Counted from the first letter of the stretch, positions 12,344-24,488 are shown. The stretch is 64,000 nt of DNA from Alphaproteobacteria bacterium (GCA_963422645.2 CAXXVO010000009.1:320001-384000); one strand, 5' to 3'. Translations and numbers: made by a program. Notes: generated by a model from the letters alone, not told the origin.

Positions 12344-14008
12344 ATGCACGGGCGCGACGTCTTCATGGAGAGCCTGCTGGCGCACGGGGTCCAGCACCTC
12401 TTCGGCAACCCCGGTACCACCGAGAGCCCGCTGATCGACAGCCTGGCGCGCTATCCGGGGATCGACTACGTGCTCACGCTGCACGAGGGCGTCGCCATCG
12501 GCGCCGCGAGCTACTATGCCCAGGCCTGTGGCCGTGCCGGGGTGGTGAACCTGCACGTCGCACCCGGCCTCGGCAACGCCATCGGCATGATCTTCGGCGC
12601 GCTCCGCACCAACTCGCCCATGGTGGTGACGGCCGGGCAGCAGGACACGCGGCTTCGCCTGCGCGATCCCATCCTGGGCCACGACCTGGTGGCCATGGCG
12701 GCGCCGGTGGTGAAATGGAGCGCGCAGGCCGAGAGCGCCGACGAGATTGCGCCCATCATGCGGCGCGCCTTCAAGATCGCCCACGATGCGCCCTCGGGCC
12801 CGGTCTTCGTCGCGCTGCCCATCAACGTGATGGAGCAGCAGACCGAGGTCGCCGCGCGTGCCGCCGGCCCGCTCTACCGCGCGCCGCCGCCGGATCCGGC
12901 GGGCGTCGCCGCCATGGCCCGGCACCTGCTGGCCGCGAACGAGCCCGCGATCATGATCGGCGACGATGTCGCGCGCACAGGCGCCGGCGAGGCCCTGGTC
13001 GCGCTGGCCGAGGCGACCGGCGCCGGCATCTGGACCGAGTTGATCCACCAGCACCAGCCGGTGCCCAACATGCACCCCAACTACCGGGGCCGCATCCCCG
13101 CCGACCCCGCCAACATCGCGAAGACCTTCGGCGGGGCGGACGCGGTGCTCATGGTGGGCGGCCCCTTCTTCGAGGAGGTCTGGTACGCGCCGGAGGGGCC
13201 CTTCCCGCCCGGTGCGACGGTGCTGCAGATCGAGGAATCGACGGTGCGGCTCGCCCGCAACCACGGCCTCGATGCGGGCCTGATCGCGGGCCTCACGCCC
13301 GCGCTGGAGGCGCTCTGCGCGCAGGTGGAGGAGGAGCGCTCGGACACCTACGCCGCAGCAGCAGCCGAGCGGAACGAGCGCTTGGCGGCGCTGCACGAGG
13401 AGGAGCGGGCCGACCGGCGCGCCCGCCTTGACGCCATCTCCGAGCGGCGGCCCATGCCGGTGCCGATCATGCTGGAAGCGCTGGCGGCGGCGGTGCCCGA
13501 CGACGTGGTGATCGTGGAAGAAGCCATCACGGGCAGCCCCGAGATTCCCAAGGCCTTCAGCTTCGGCGGGCACGGGGACTACTTCTGCGGCCGCGGCGGC
13601 GGCATCGGCCAGGGGATCGCCGGCGCCCTCGGCGTCAAGCTCGCGATGCCGGAGCGCCCGATGGTGTGCCTCTCCGGCGACGGCTCGGCGATGTACAGCA
13701 TCCAGGCGCTCTGGACCGCGGCGCACCACCGGCTGCCGATCGTCTTCGTGATCCTCGCCAATGCCGAGTACCGCATCCTCAAGCACAACCTCGACATCTA
13801 CCGGCGGCGCTTCGACGTCGCCACGAACCATCCCTACGTGCAAATGGACCTGGTCGATCCCCCACTGGGCTTCGTCGAGATGGCGGCCGGGATGGGCGTC
13901 GCCGGCACCCGCGTCACCGAGCCGGACGAGCTGGCTGCGGCGGTGCAGAGTGCCCTCGCCGCAGGCGAGCCCTACCTGATCGAGGCCGCGGTCGAGGGCA
14001 AGATTTAG
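12344..14008 (+). CDS. ThDP-dependent enzyme (benzoylformate decarboxylase-like)
   Basis: FGNPGTTE, LHE, NLHVAPGLGNA, GDGSAMY...N ThDP motif. Confidence 0.88.
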   Translation: MHGRDVFMESLLAHGVQHLFGNPGTTESPLIDSLARYPGIDYVLTLHEGVAIGAASYYAQACGRAGVVNLHVAPGLGNAIGMIFGALRTNSPMVVTAGQQDTRLRLRDPILGHDLVAMAAPVVKWSAQAESADEIAPIMRRAFKIAHDAPSGPVFVALPINVMEQQTEVAARAAGPLYRAPPPDPAGVAAMARHLLAANEPAIMIGDDVARTGAGEALVALAEATGAGIWTELIHQHQPVPNMHPNYRGRIPADPANIAKTFGGADAVLMVGGPFFEEVWYAPEGPFPPGATVLQIEESTVRLARNHGLDAGLIAGLTPALEALCAQVEEERSDTYAAAAAERNERLAALHEEERADRRARLDAISERRPMPVPIMLEALAAAVPDDVVIVEEAITGSPEIPKAFSFGGHGDYFCGRGGGIGQGIAGALGVKLAMPERPMVCLSGDGSAMYSIQALWTAAHHRLPIVFVILANAEYRILKHNLDIYRRRFDVATNHPYVQMDLVDPPLGFVEMAAGMGVAGTRVTEPDELAAAVQSALAAGEPYLIEAAVEGKI

Positions 14009-14054
14009 CCCCCCTTACCAAGGCCTTTATCCAGCCGCGCGCCACCCCCTTCAC

Positions 14055-14147
14055 GTCATGGCCGGGCTTGTCCCGGCCATCCACGTGTTTGCCCGGGGTC
14101 CGGTGTGCCTGGCTGAGGGAGATGCCCGGAACGAGTCCGGGCATGAC
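14055..14147. repeat. Alphaproteobacterial REP/RIME-like palindromic element
   Basis: GTCATGGCCGGGCTTGTCCCGGCCATC ... GATGCCCGGAACGAGTCCGGGCATGAC: two hairpins in inverted arrangement. Confidence 0.8.
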
Positions 14148-14299
14148 GAGAGGAATTGGCGGGTCGGGTCTTGCGGAGCGCGCTGCCGGCCGCTCCTTGC
14201 TTGGCCCGCGGGCGATGACGCATACTCGCCAGCCGTGAGCCGGCGCCGGCGTGGCAAGGGTGCCGCACGGCGCTCCACAAGCCACTCAGGGAGATAACC

Positions 14300-15868
14300 A
14301 TGCATCCGAGAGCTGTTCTGGCAGCCGGCGTGCTCGGCGCGTTCGGTGTGGCCACGACGATGCCCGCCTTCGCGGAGACGGACTACGTCGCGAAGTACGG
14401 TATCAAGGAAGACATTCCGGGCCTCTGTTCCTACGCCTCGATCGACGCGAAGGACTATAGCGGCCACGAGATCACCATTCTGACCCACGCCGTGCCGGTG
14501 ATGGGAGAGCCGGTGGCGCTGCACTCCAAGCAGTTCGAGGAGCTGACCGGCGGCACGGTCAACGTGGTGCACGCCCCCTTCGGCGAGCTCTACCAGAAGG
14601 TGATGATCCCCTTCCAGACCGGCCAGCACGTCTACGACATCGTCTACGGCGGCTCCTACTGGATCGGCGACTGGGCGCCGCACCTGGCGCCGGTGCCCCA
14701 GAAATATCTCGATACCGACGAGATGAAGGACATCACGCCGTCCTATCAGGGTGTCGCCAGCTGGAACGGCCAGCGCCTGCAGTACACCTTCGACGGCGAC
14801 CGGAACTATTTTAAGTACATCCTGCCGCCCTTCGAGGACGCGGAGAACCAGGCCAAGTTCAAGGCCGAGTACGGCCGCGACCTCGCAGTGCCGACGACCT
14901 GGGAAGAGTACGCCGAGGTCGCCACCTTCTTCAGCGGCTGGGACTGGGACGGCGACGGCGAGCTGGAGTACGGCTCGACCGAGATCGTCAAGCGCGACGA
15001 CGTGGCCTTCGCCAACTTCATCACCCGCGTCGCGTCCTACGCCAAGAACCCCAACGTCACCGGCGGCTTCTGGTTCGATCTCGAGACCATGACCCCGCAA
15101 ATCAACAACCCGGGCTTCGTCAAGGGGCTCGAGATGTGGATGGACGCGCTGCGCTATATGCCGCCCGGCGGGATCAACTTCGGCATCGGCGACGAGATCT
15201 TCTCATGGGGCGGCGGCGAGTCGCTGATGAGCGTCACCTGGGACGATGCCTTCATCCAGGCGATGCAGCCGGATTCGCCGATCCGCAACAAGATCCGCGT
15301 CGGCACCCAGTACGGCCCCTCCATGGGCTCGCACAAGGTGTGGAACCGCGACAGCGGCCAGTGGGACGAGTTCGAGACCCCGTCCGTCGCGCCCTACGTG
15401 ACCTGGGGCTGGGGCGCCGGCGTCTCCAAGTACAGCGAAGAGCAGGAAATGGCGTTCGACTGGTTCTGCTTCTTCTCGAACTACGCCAACACCAACCACG
15501 ACCTGCTGATCGGCCGCTTCGGCGTCAACCCCTTCCGCACCAGCCACATGGACCCCAACTACTGGGAACAGGAAGCCGGCTGGGATCGCGCGGTGGCGGT
15601 GAGCTTCACCGACATGCTGCAGGGCATGGACACGAGCACCAACCGGGTCTTCGACCTGCGCGTGCCCGGCGTCAACCAGTTCTACATCGCCATGATGGCG
15701 AGCGTCGCCAAGGCGATGGCCGGCGAGATGACGGCCCAAGCCGCGCTCGACGAGGTCGCGGAGGAATGGACCCGCATCGCCGACCGGATCGGTGTCGACG
15801 CGATCCGCGATGCCTACAAGAACGTCGTCGCGCTCGAGGACAACGTTTCGCTGGATCAGGTCAAGTAG
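14300..15868 (+). CDS. ABC transporter substrate-binding protein (CUT1/sugar type)
   Basis: Signal peptide, PTTWEEY motif, directly followed by two permeases and an ATPase. Confidence 0.85.
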   Translation: MHPRAVLAAGVLGAFGVATTMPAFAETDYVAKYGIKEDIPGLCSYASIDAKDYSGHEITILTHAVPVMGEPVALHSKQFEELTGGTVNVVHAPFGELYQKVMIPFQTGQHVYDIVYGGSYWIGDWAPHLAPVPQKYLDTDEMKDITPSYQGVASWNGQRLQYTFDGDRNYFKYILPPFEDAENQAKFKAEYGRDLAVPTTWEEYAEVATFFSGWDWDGDGELEYGSTEIVKRDDVAFANFITRVASYAKNPNVTGGFWFDLETMTPQINNPGFVKGLEMWMDALRYMPPGGINFGIGDEIFSWGGGESLMSVTWDDAFIQAMQPDSPIRNKIRVGTQYGPSMGSHKVWNRDSGQWDEFETPSVAPYVTWGWGAGVSKYSEEQEMAFDWFCFFSNYANTNHDLLIGRFGVNPFRTSHMDPNYWEQEAGWDRAVAVSFTDMLQGMDTSTNRVFDLRVPGVNQFYIAMMASVAKAMAGEMTAQAALDEVAEEWTRIADRIGVDAIRDAYKNVVALEDNVSLDQVK

Positions 15869-15951
15869 GACCGGCGAACATCGAGACCGACGGCAGGTTA
15901 CGCATGAGGAGACCGGCGGGCTGAGGCCCGCCGGTCGTTCTTCGCCCGGCC

Positions 15952-16836
15952 ATGCTGGACTCTCGCTACAAGTATATCTTTCTGCTCCCGGCGCTGTTCG
16001 CGCTGCTTGCGATCATCATCTTTCCGCTCATCTACACGGTGCGCCTCAGCTTCTCCGGCTGGGACGTGAACTTCCCCGAACTCGATTCCGTGGGCTGGGA
16101 CAACTACGCCCGCGCCATCGCCGACGGCCGCTTCTGGGATTCCATGGGCACCCTCTATCTGATGGTGCTCTTCTGCATCGTCTTCGAATACCTGCTGGGC
16201 TTCGCGCTCGCGCTCATGCTGTGGAAGGACGTGCGCGCCGGGCGCTTCTTCCGTGTGCTCTTCATCGTGCCGATGTGCGTGACGCCGGTGGTGATGGCGG
16301 TGGTCTGGCGCACCATCTTTCACGAGACCCTGGGGCCCCTGAACGACGTGCTGAGCTGGTTCGGCATCCCGGGCGTGCCATGGCTGAGCAAGTCCGGCCC
16401 CGCCTTCGCCGCGGTCATCATCATCGACGTCTGGCAGTGGACCTCCTTCATGTTCATCCTGCTGCTCGCAGGGCTCATGTCGCTGCCGCGCGAGCCCTAC
16501 GAGGCTGCCCAGATCGACGGCGCAGGGCCGATCCGCACCTTCGTCCACGTGACCTTCCCGCTGATGGCGCCGATCACGCTGGGCGCGCTGATCATCCGCC
16601 TGATCGAATCGTCCAAGCTGATGGAGACCATCTACGCGCTGACCTCCGGCGGCCCTGGCTCGTCGACCGAAACCACGAGCTATCTGCTCTACATCCGGGG
16701 GCTGCGGGAGTTTCAGATCGGCTACACCGCCTCGCTCTCGATCATCTATCTGGTGATCATGATCGTCGCGCTGACCATCTTCGCCCGCCTGTTGAGCCGC
16801 CTCATGATCGGCCGTCAGGGGCCGGTGCGCGCATGA
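15952..16836 (+). CDS. ABC permease (MalF-like)
   Basis: TM helices; YEAAQIDGA EAA loop. Confidence 0.9.
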   Translation: MLDSRYKYIFLLPALFALLAIIIFPLIYTVRLSFSGWDVNFPELDSVGWDNYARAIADGRFWDSMGTLYLMVLFCIVFEYLLGFALALMLWKDVRAGRFFRVLFIVPMCVTPVVMAVVWRTIFHETLGPLNDVLSWFGIPGVPWLSKSGPAFAAVIIIDVWQWTSFMFILLLAGLMSLPREPYEAAQIDGAGPIRTFVHVTFPLMAPITLGALIIRLIESSKLMETIYALTSGGPGSSTETTSYLLYIRGLREFQIGYTASLSIIYLVIMIVALTIFARLLSRLMIGRQGPVRA

Positions 16837-16855
16837 ACCCGCGTCCGGAGGCATC

Positions 16856-17719
16856 ATGACCGGGCGCAGGGCCGACCTCTACCGGGTGCTCAAGTACGCC
16901 GCGCTCATCGCCTGGGCGGTCTTCGTGGTCGCGCCCTTCCTGTGGGCGCTGTCCACCTCGTTCAAGAGCGACCCCGGCGTGGTCGGCGGCGCGACCTACA
17001 TCCCCTTCCTCGAATACGAGCCCTCGGTCGAGGGTTGGACATCGCTCTTCCGCGATACCAGCTCGGGCGGCATCAGCATGCAGGGGCCCTACCTTTCCAG
17101 CCTGGTGGTGAGCCTGATCTCGACCGGGATCGCGCTCTTCCTCGGCACCCTCGCGGCCTACGGACTCTCGCGCTTCACCTTCCGCGCCGGTCCGCTCGGC
17201 AACAACGACATCACCTTCTTCTTCATCTCCCAGCGCATCATGCCGCCGGCGGTGCTCGCGATCCCCTACTTCCTGCTGCTGCGCTTCACCGGCCTGCTCG
17301 ATACCCACCTCGGGCTGATCCTGGTCTACGTCGCCATGCTGCTGCCCATCGTGGTCTGGGTGATGGTGGATTTCTTCAACACCGTGCCCATCGAGCTCGA
17401 CGAGGCGGCGCTGATCGACGGCTGCAACCCGATCCAGGCGTTCTACCGGATCATCCTGCCCAACTGCGCGCCGGGCATGGTGGTGGCGACGCTGCTCTGC
17501 ATCATCTTCTCGTGGAGCGACTTCTTCTTCGCGCTGACTCTCACCTTCGCCAAGGTGCAGCTGCTGCCGCCCACCATCGTGATCCTGAATTCGAACAAGG
17601 TGCCGTGGTGGAGTCTGAGCGCGTCCGCGCTGGTCTCGGTGCTGCCGCTGGTCATCATCGCGTTCGTACTGGAGCGCTACCTCGCGCGCGGCACGCTCGC
17701 CGGCGTGATCCGGGAGTAG
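16856..17719 (+). CDS. ABC permease (MalG-like)
   Basis: TM helices; LDEAALIDG EAA loop. Confidence 0.9.
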   Translation: MTGRRADLYRVLKYAALIAWAVFVVAPFLWALSTSFKSDPGVVGGATYIPFLEYEPSVEGWTSLFRDTSSGGISMQGPYLSSLVVSLISTGIALFLGTLAAYGLSRFTFRAGPLGNNDITFFFISQRIMPPAVLAIPYFLLLRFTGLLDTHLGLILVYVAMLLPIVVWVMVDFFNTVPIELDEAALIDGCNPIQAFYRIILPNCAPGMVVATLLCIIFSWSDFFFALTLTFAKVQLLPPTIVILNSNKVPWWSLSASALVSVLPLVIIAFVLERYLARGTLAGVIRE

Positions 17720-17723
17720 GCCC

Positions 17724-18805
<1,082 letters not shown>

Positions 18806-18809
<4 letters not shown>

Positions 18810-19849
18810 AGGCAGCGACGCTCCACGGTTACGACGAATCCCTCACCCAGTCCGAATTCGTGACTTTCGAGGATGTGGACGATCCGAAGATCACGAAGCC
18901 CACGGACGTGATCGTCCGCATCGGCGGCGCGGGCGTCTGCCGCACCGATCTCCACATCATCGAGGGCGTATGGAAGGGCCACGTGGATGTCGCCTTCCCC
19001 CACATCATGGGGCATGAGAACGCGGGCTGGGTGGAGGAGGTCGGCTCGGGCGTCGAAAGCGTCAAGGTCGGCGATCCGGTGATCTGCCATCCGCTGGTGA
19101 CCAGCGGCCACTGCCTCGCCTGCCGGCGCGGCAACGACATGCACGCGGGCGAGAGCAGCTTCCCCGGCATCAACGCGCCCGGCGGCTACGCCGACCTCCT
19201 GCACACCGGCGAGCGTGCACTGATCAAGCTGCCCCAGAGCCTCGCGCCCAAGGATGTGGCGCCCTACACCGACGCAGGCCTCACCGCCTACCGCGTCGCC
19301 AAGAAAGCCGCACGCCATCTGGTGCCGGGCGAGTACGCCGTGGTCATCGGCGCCGGCGGTCTCGGCCATATCGGCATCCAGTCGCTCGCAGCGCTCTGCG
19401 CGGCCGAGATCATCGTGCTCGACCGCTCCGACCTCGCGCTGGGCCTCGCCAAGGAGTGCGGCGCCCACCACGTGGTGCGGGCCGACGACGGCGCGGTCGA
19501 CGAGGTGCTCTCGCTCACCGGCGGGCACGGCGCGGAGGCGGTGATCGACTTCGTCGGCGAGGGCGATGCCATCGACAAGGGCCTCGCCATGACCCGCAAC
19601 GACGGCTTCTACTACATCGTCGGCTACGGCGGGCGCGTCCAGATCCCGGCGATCGACATGATCGTCTCGGAGAAGACCATCGTCGGCAATCTGGTCGGCA
19701 CCTATGCCGAGCTGGTGGAGCTCATGGCGCTCGCCGACCGGGGGCTGGTGACGCTCGCCACCCGCGAATACGCGCTCGCCGACGCCAACCAGGCGCTGCA
19801 CGACCTCCATGCCGGAACGGTCAAGGGTCGCGCGGTGCTGATCCCCTGA
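18806..19849 (+). CDS. Zn-dependent NAD(P) alcohol dehydrogenase (MDR)
   Basis: CRTDLH, GHE, TDAG, GAGGLG; overlaps the ATPase stop (ATGA-like coupling). Confidence 0.9.
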
Positions 19850-19883
19850 GGGCACGCCCCAGGGGATATCGGCGGCGGATGGC

Positions 19884-21509
19884 ATGACCGGGACCCTTGC
19901 GCAGGGCCTTGCGGCGGCGTGCCGGGAGCGCGGCGTGCGCCGCGCCTTCGGCGTGCCGGGCGGGGCCAGCAGCCTCGACGTCATCGACGCATTCGCCGCC
20001 GAGGGCATCGACTTCGTGCTGACCCACGGCGAGACCTCCGCCACCCTGATGGCGGCCGTCACCGCCGAGCTCGGCGGCGCGCCCGGCGTGGTGGTGACGG
20101 GCGTGGGTCCCGGCGCGGCCAGCGCCGTCAACGGCATCGCTTACGCCGCGCTGGAGCGCGCGCCCGTGCTGCTCGTCACCGATGCGCTGGCGGAGGCGGC
20201 GCCGGGCCACCACGCGCTGCATCAGCGCTTCGATCAGCGCGCCCTCTTCGCGCCGCTGGTCAAGGGCTATGACAGGCCCGAGCCGGGCGACGGGCCGAAG
20301 GGGATCGACAGACTGCTCGACACGGCCATGGCCCACCCGGCGGGGCCGGTGCAGCTCGACCTCACGACAGCGGCCGCCACCGCGCCCGCCGCGGGCACCG
20401 CCGCACCCGCGGCCAAGAGCCGGAGGACGGCGAAGAAAGCGCCCAAGGACTTCGACCTGGTCGCGCTGGCCGAGGCGCGCGCGCTGCTCGCCAAGGCTCA
20501 GCGCCCGCTGATCGTCGCCGGCATGGAGGCGCGCGGCCGCGCGGCGAGCGCGGCACTCAGGGTGCTGGTGCGCTCGCTCGGCTGCCCGGTGATGACCACC
20601 TACAAGGCCAAGGGCGCCGTCGCGGACGCCGACCCGCTGGTGGTCGGGTGCTTCACCGGGGCCTCGGCCGACGCGCGCTGCCTCGACCGCGCCGACCTGC
20701 TGATCTTCTTCGGCCTCGATCCGATCGAGCTTCTCCCCGGCCGCTGGCGCTTCGAGGGGCCGATCCTCGCGCTGGCGGCCCACGACGGCTACGACTATCC
20801 GGCGACGCCGGCAGCGGCGCTGACCGGCCCCCTCGACCGTTCCGCCGTGGCGCTCATCGAAGACCCGCAGCCGGCGGGCTGGTCGGAGCTTGAGATCGCC
20901 GCGCTCCGCAGCCGCCTTCGCGCGGGCTTCGCGATGACCGGCCTGGGCCGGCGCACGGCTGAGGACGTGGTGAGCGCGGTGCGCCATGCAGCGCCTGCGC
21001 GGGCGCGGCTTACCGTCGATTCGGGCGCGCACATGTTCTCGGCCATGGGCCTCTGGCAAGCCGACGAGCCCAACGACGTGCTGAAGTCGAACGGGCTTTC
21101 CACCATGGGCTTTGCGCTGCCTGCGGCCGTTGCCGCAGCGCTGGAGGAGCCGACGCGCCCGGTGATCGCCATGACCGGCGACGGCGGCCTGCACATGTGC
21201 CTGGCCGAGCTTGCAACCGCCGCGCGACTCGGCTGCCGGATCGCGGTCGTGGTGTTCAACGATTCCGCGCTTTCGCTCATCGACATCAAGCAGCAACGGC
21301 AGCAGCGGGAGAGCCGAGGCGTGCGCTTCGGCACGATGGACCATGCCAAGGTTGCGGCGGGCCTGGGATGCTGGGGTTGGAGCGTGGGCGCCACCGATGC
21401 CCCGGCGCCGGTGCTGACGGAGGCGTTCGCGCACGACGGGCCGGTATTGGTCGACGTGACGGTCGATCCCGAGGCCTATAGCGCACAATATGAGGCGCTG
21501 CGCGGCTGA
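19884..21509 (+). CDS. ThDP-binding protein (acetolactate synthase-like)
   Basis: FGVPGG, HGE, GPGAAS, STMGFALP, GDGG...N. Confidence 0.85.
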   Translation: MTGTLAQGLAAACRERGVRRAFGVPGGASSLDVIDAFAAEGIDFVLTHGETSATLMAAVTAELGGAPGVVVTGVGPGAASAVNGIAYAALERAPVLLVTDALAEAAPGHHALHQRFDQRALFAPLVKGYDRPEPGDGPKGIDRLLDTAMAHPAGPVQLDLTTAAATAPAAGTAAPAAKSRRTAKKAPKDFDLVALAEARALLAKAQRPLIVAGMEARGRAASAALRVLVRSLGCPVMTTYKAKGAVADADPLVVGCFTGASADARCLDRADLLIFFGLDPIELLPGRWRFEGPILALAAHDGYDYPATPAAALTGPLDRSAVALIEDPQPAGWSELEIAALRSRLRAGFAMTGLGRRTAEDVVSAVRHAAPARARLTVDSGAHMFSAMGLWQADEPNDVLKSNGLSTMGFALPAAVAAALEEPTRPVIAMTGDGGLHMCLAELATAARLGCRIAVVVFNDSALSLIDIKQQRQQRESRGVRFGTMDHAKVAAGLGCWGWSVGATDAPAPVLTEAFAHDGPVLVDVTVDPEAYSAQYEALRG

Positions 21510-21530
21510 GCGGCGCGTGAGGGAGCGGCC

Positions 21531-21956
21531 ATGCCGGAACAGGCGATGTCGGACGCAGACGCGGTGCTCGCCGCCAACCAGGAGTTCTACCGGGCCTTCT
21601 CCGCCCGCGACCTCGCGGCCATGGATACGCTCTGGGCCAGGGAGACGCAGGTCGCCTGCATCCATCCGGGCTGGGAGGCGCTGGTCGGGCGCGACATGGT
21701 GATGGAGAGCTGGGCCGCGATCCTCGGCGGCCCGGGCGCGCCGCAGATCCGCTGCGAGGCCCCGCGGGCGTTCGTCCTCGGCCCGAGCGCCTTCGTGATC
21801 TGTCGCGAGGTGCTGGAGCAGGGCCAGCTCATCGCCACCAATGTCTTCGCCCGCGAGCAGGACGGCTGGCGCATGGTCCACCACCAGGCCGGACCCGGCG
21901 GCCAACGCCAGCCCGCGCCGCCCCCGAGCGAGCGCCCGCCGGGCCCGCTGCACTGA
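21531..21956 (+). CDS. SnoaL/NTF2-like protein
   Basis: ANQEFYRAF..D..AM..LW, CIHPGW, ATNVF, WRMVHH. Confidence 0.85.
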   Translation: MPEQAMSDADAVLAANQEFYRAFSARDLAAMDTLWARETQVACIHPGWEALVGRDMVMESWAAILGGPGAPQIRCEAPRAFVLGPSAFVICREVLEQGQLIATNVFAREQDGWRMVHHQAGPGGQRQPAPPPSERPPGPLH

Positions 21957-22023
21957 CCGGACTGCATCGGACGATGCCGCCCGCTATCCCTGCCTGCCGA
22001 ACCGAGACACGGAGAGCCCTGAG

Positions 22024-23085
22024 ATGAAATCACGATCCGCCATCATGACTGCCCCCGGCGAGCCGCTGACAATCGACGAAATCGACGTGCCGGACCCCGG
22101 TCCCAATCAGGTCATCGTCAAGCAGACGGCCAGCGGCATCTGCGCCTCGCAGATCCACGAGCTGACTCTGATTCCGGAGGAGGGCTGCCCCTGCGTGCTC
22201 GGCCACGAGGGCGTCGGCGTGGTTACCCATGTGGGCAAGGATGTCACCCACCTGAAGGAAGGCGACTGGGCGATCACGACCTGGGTCCCCCGAGGGGGCT
22301 TCCCGGGCCGGGAATTCATCGAAGGCCTTGCACCGATCGGGACGTCCTTTCGGGACAAGGCGATAGACGGGCCGATCGGCACCTTTACCGAGCATTGCCT
22401 GGCCAGCGACCAGCTGGCGGTCAAGGTTGCGCCCGAACTCGCCACCCCGGAGAGCAGCATCGTCGGCTGCGCCGTGCTCACCGGCGGCGGCGCGGTGCTA
22501 CACACCGCCAAGGTGCGGACCGAGGAATCCGTGGTCGTGGTCGGCGCCGGCGGTATCGGCCTCTGCGCCCTCAAGATGGCGTCACTGCTGCAGGCCTACC
22601 CCGTCATCGCCGTGGACCTGGACGATGAAAAGCTGGAGTTCGCCAAGCAATGGGGGGCGACCCACACGGTGAACGCCAGCAAGGTCGATCCGATCGCAGC
22701 GGTGTGGGACATCACCGGCAAGGGCGCCGACTACGCCTTCGACGCGGTGGGGACGGTGCCCACCCACGAGCAGATTCTCGACATGGTGCGGGGCGGCGGC
22801 CCGGGCGCCGACAACCTGGGCGGCATGGCGGTCATGATCGGCTGGCCACAGAAGGAGTTCAAGCTCAACGGCGAGCACTTCGTCTTTCACCAGCGCCAGT
22901 ACCGGGGCAGCCACGGCTCGTCCATACCGGACGAGGACTTTCCCATGTACCTGCGTCTCTCCAGCGAGGGCAAGTTTCCGATGGACAAGCTGGTGACGCG
23001 CAGCTACGGCCTCGAGCAGATGAACGACGCCCTCGACGATCTCAGGGAGGGCCGCATTATCGGGCGCTCCATCGTCCGCTTCTAG
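22024..23085 (+). CDS. Zn-binding dehydrogenase (MDR) without the structural-Zn loop
   Basis: GICASQIH, GHEG, VGCAVLTG, GAGGIG; no four-Cys lobe. Confidence 0.85.
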   Translation: MKSRSAIMTAPGEPLTIDEIDVPDPGPNQVIVKQTASGICASQIHELTLIPEEGCPCVLGHEGVGVVTHVGKDVTHLKEGDWAITTWVPRGGFPGREFIEGLAPIGTSFRDKAIDGPIGTFTEHCLASDQLAVKVAPELATPESSIVGCAVLTGGGAVLHTAKVRTEESVVVVGAGGIGLCALKMASLLQAYPVIAVDLDDEKLEFAKQWGATHTVNASKVDPIAAVWDITGKGADYAFDAVGTVPTHEQILDMVRGGGPGADNLGGMAVMIGWPQKEFKLNGEHFVFHQRQYRGSHGSSIPDEDFPMYLRLSSEGKFPMDKLVTRSYGLEQMNDALDDLREGRIIGRSIVRF

Positions 23086-23156
23086 CCGGCACTTCCCATA
23101 AGGGTGAAGGTCTCAGCGGCGTTCTGGCCGGCGCCGGTCTGGTGTATCGTGCCGCC

Positions 23157-24473
23157 ATGAGCCTGAACACGCCGAGCCCGACCTTCCCCGCCATCGCGCT
23201 GCCGCAGTTTGAGAACGAGCCGCTGCCGCAGGTAGTGCCGGTGGCGCTGCGCCACCCGGTCGTGCCGGCGCTTCCCGATGTCGCCGCCGCCACGCGCGCC
23301 GCGCTCGATGCCTCGCGGCAGCTCACCACGCTCGCGGCCGGCGCCCGCGTGGCGATCACCTGCGGCAGCCGGGGCATCAAGAGCAAACCGGCGGTGGTCA
23401 AGGCGGCGGTCGCCTGGCTCAAGGGGCGCGGGCTCGACCCCTTCATCGTGCCCACGATGGGCAGCCACGCCGGTGCGGTCGCCTCGGGCCAGGTGTCGCT
23501 GCTGGCCGAGCTCGGCTTCACCGAAGAGGCCATGGGCTGCCCCATCGAGGCCAGCATGGAAGTGGTCAGGCTGAGCGAGACGAGCGCGGGCATCGCGGTT
23601 CATTTCGACCGCCGCGCCTTCGAAGCCGACGCGGTGCTCGTGGTGGGCCGGGTCAAGTCCCACACCTCCTTCGACCGCGAGGTCGAGAGCGGGCTCACCA
23701 AGATGGTCGCCATCGGCCTCGGCAAGGCGGAAGGCGCGCGCTTCGTGCATCGCCTCGGCGTGCGCGGCTACATGGAGGTGCTGCCCGAATGGGCTGCAAT
23801 CGCCATCCGCGAGGCCCCGGTCGCCTACGGCATCGCCATCGTCGAGAACGCCGAGCGCGAGGCGGCGGTGATCGAAGGCGCCGAGCCGGAGGACTTCTAC
23901 GAGACCGACGCCCGCCTGCTGAAGACCGCCAAGGGCTGCATCCCCAGGCTGCCCTTCGAGCAGATCGACGTGCTCGCGGTGGAGCGGATGGGCAAGAACA
24001 TCTCCGGCACCGGCATGGACCCGGCGGTCACCGCGCGCTTCGACATCCGCGGGCGCCCGAACCCGCCGGCGCCGATGATCAGCAAGCTGGTGGCGCTGGG
24101 GCTGACGCCGGAGACCCACGGCAACGGCCTCGGCGTCGGCAACGCCGACTACACGACCAAGGAGGTCGCCGACAGCCTCGACCTCTACGCCATGTACATG
24201 AACGCCTGCACGGCGACCTTCACCGAGCGGGTGCGGATCCCCGCCGTGCTCGCGACCGACAAGGCGGCGCTGCAGGCCGCGGTCGGCACAAGCTGGCATC
24301 TCGACGGCGCAGACGCGCGGCTCTGCCTGATCCGCTCCACCCTGCACCTGGAGACGGTCCTGGTCTCGCCGCCGCTCGCGGCCGAGCTCAACGGGGCGGG
24401 CGAGGTGCTGGGCGAGGCCGAGGCGCTCCGCTTCGACGATGCGGGCCGCCTGCTGACCCGCTGCCCGGTGTGA
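23157..24473 (+). CDS. LarA N-terminal-like / DUF362-type protein
   Basis: VAITCGSRGI, PTMGSHAG, RVKSHT, SGLTKMVAIGLGK, GKNISGTGMD, HGNGLGVG. Confidence 0.7.
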   Translation: MSLNTPSPTFPAIALPQFENEPLPQVVPVALRHPVVPALPDVAAATRAALDASRQLTTLAAGARVAITCGSRGIKSKPAVVKAAVAWLKGRGLDPFIVPTMGSHAGAVASGQVSLLAELGFTEEAMGCPIEASMEVVRLSETSAGIAVHFDRRAFEADAVLVVGRVKSHTSFDREVESGLTKMVAIGLGKAEGARFVHRLGVRGYMEVLPEWAAIAIREAPVAYGIAIVENAEREAAVIEGAEPEDFYETDARLLKTAKGCIPRLPFEQIDVLAVERMGKNISGTGMDPAVTARFDIRGRPNPPAPMISKLVALGLTPETHGNGLGVGNADYTTKEVADSLDLYAMYMNACTATFTERVRIPAVLATDKAALQAAVGTSWHLDGADARLCLIRSTLHLETVLVSPPLAAELNGAGEVLGEAEALRFDDAGRLLTRCPV

Positions 24474-24488
24474 GGGCGTGAGGGCGTC

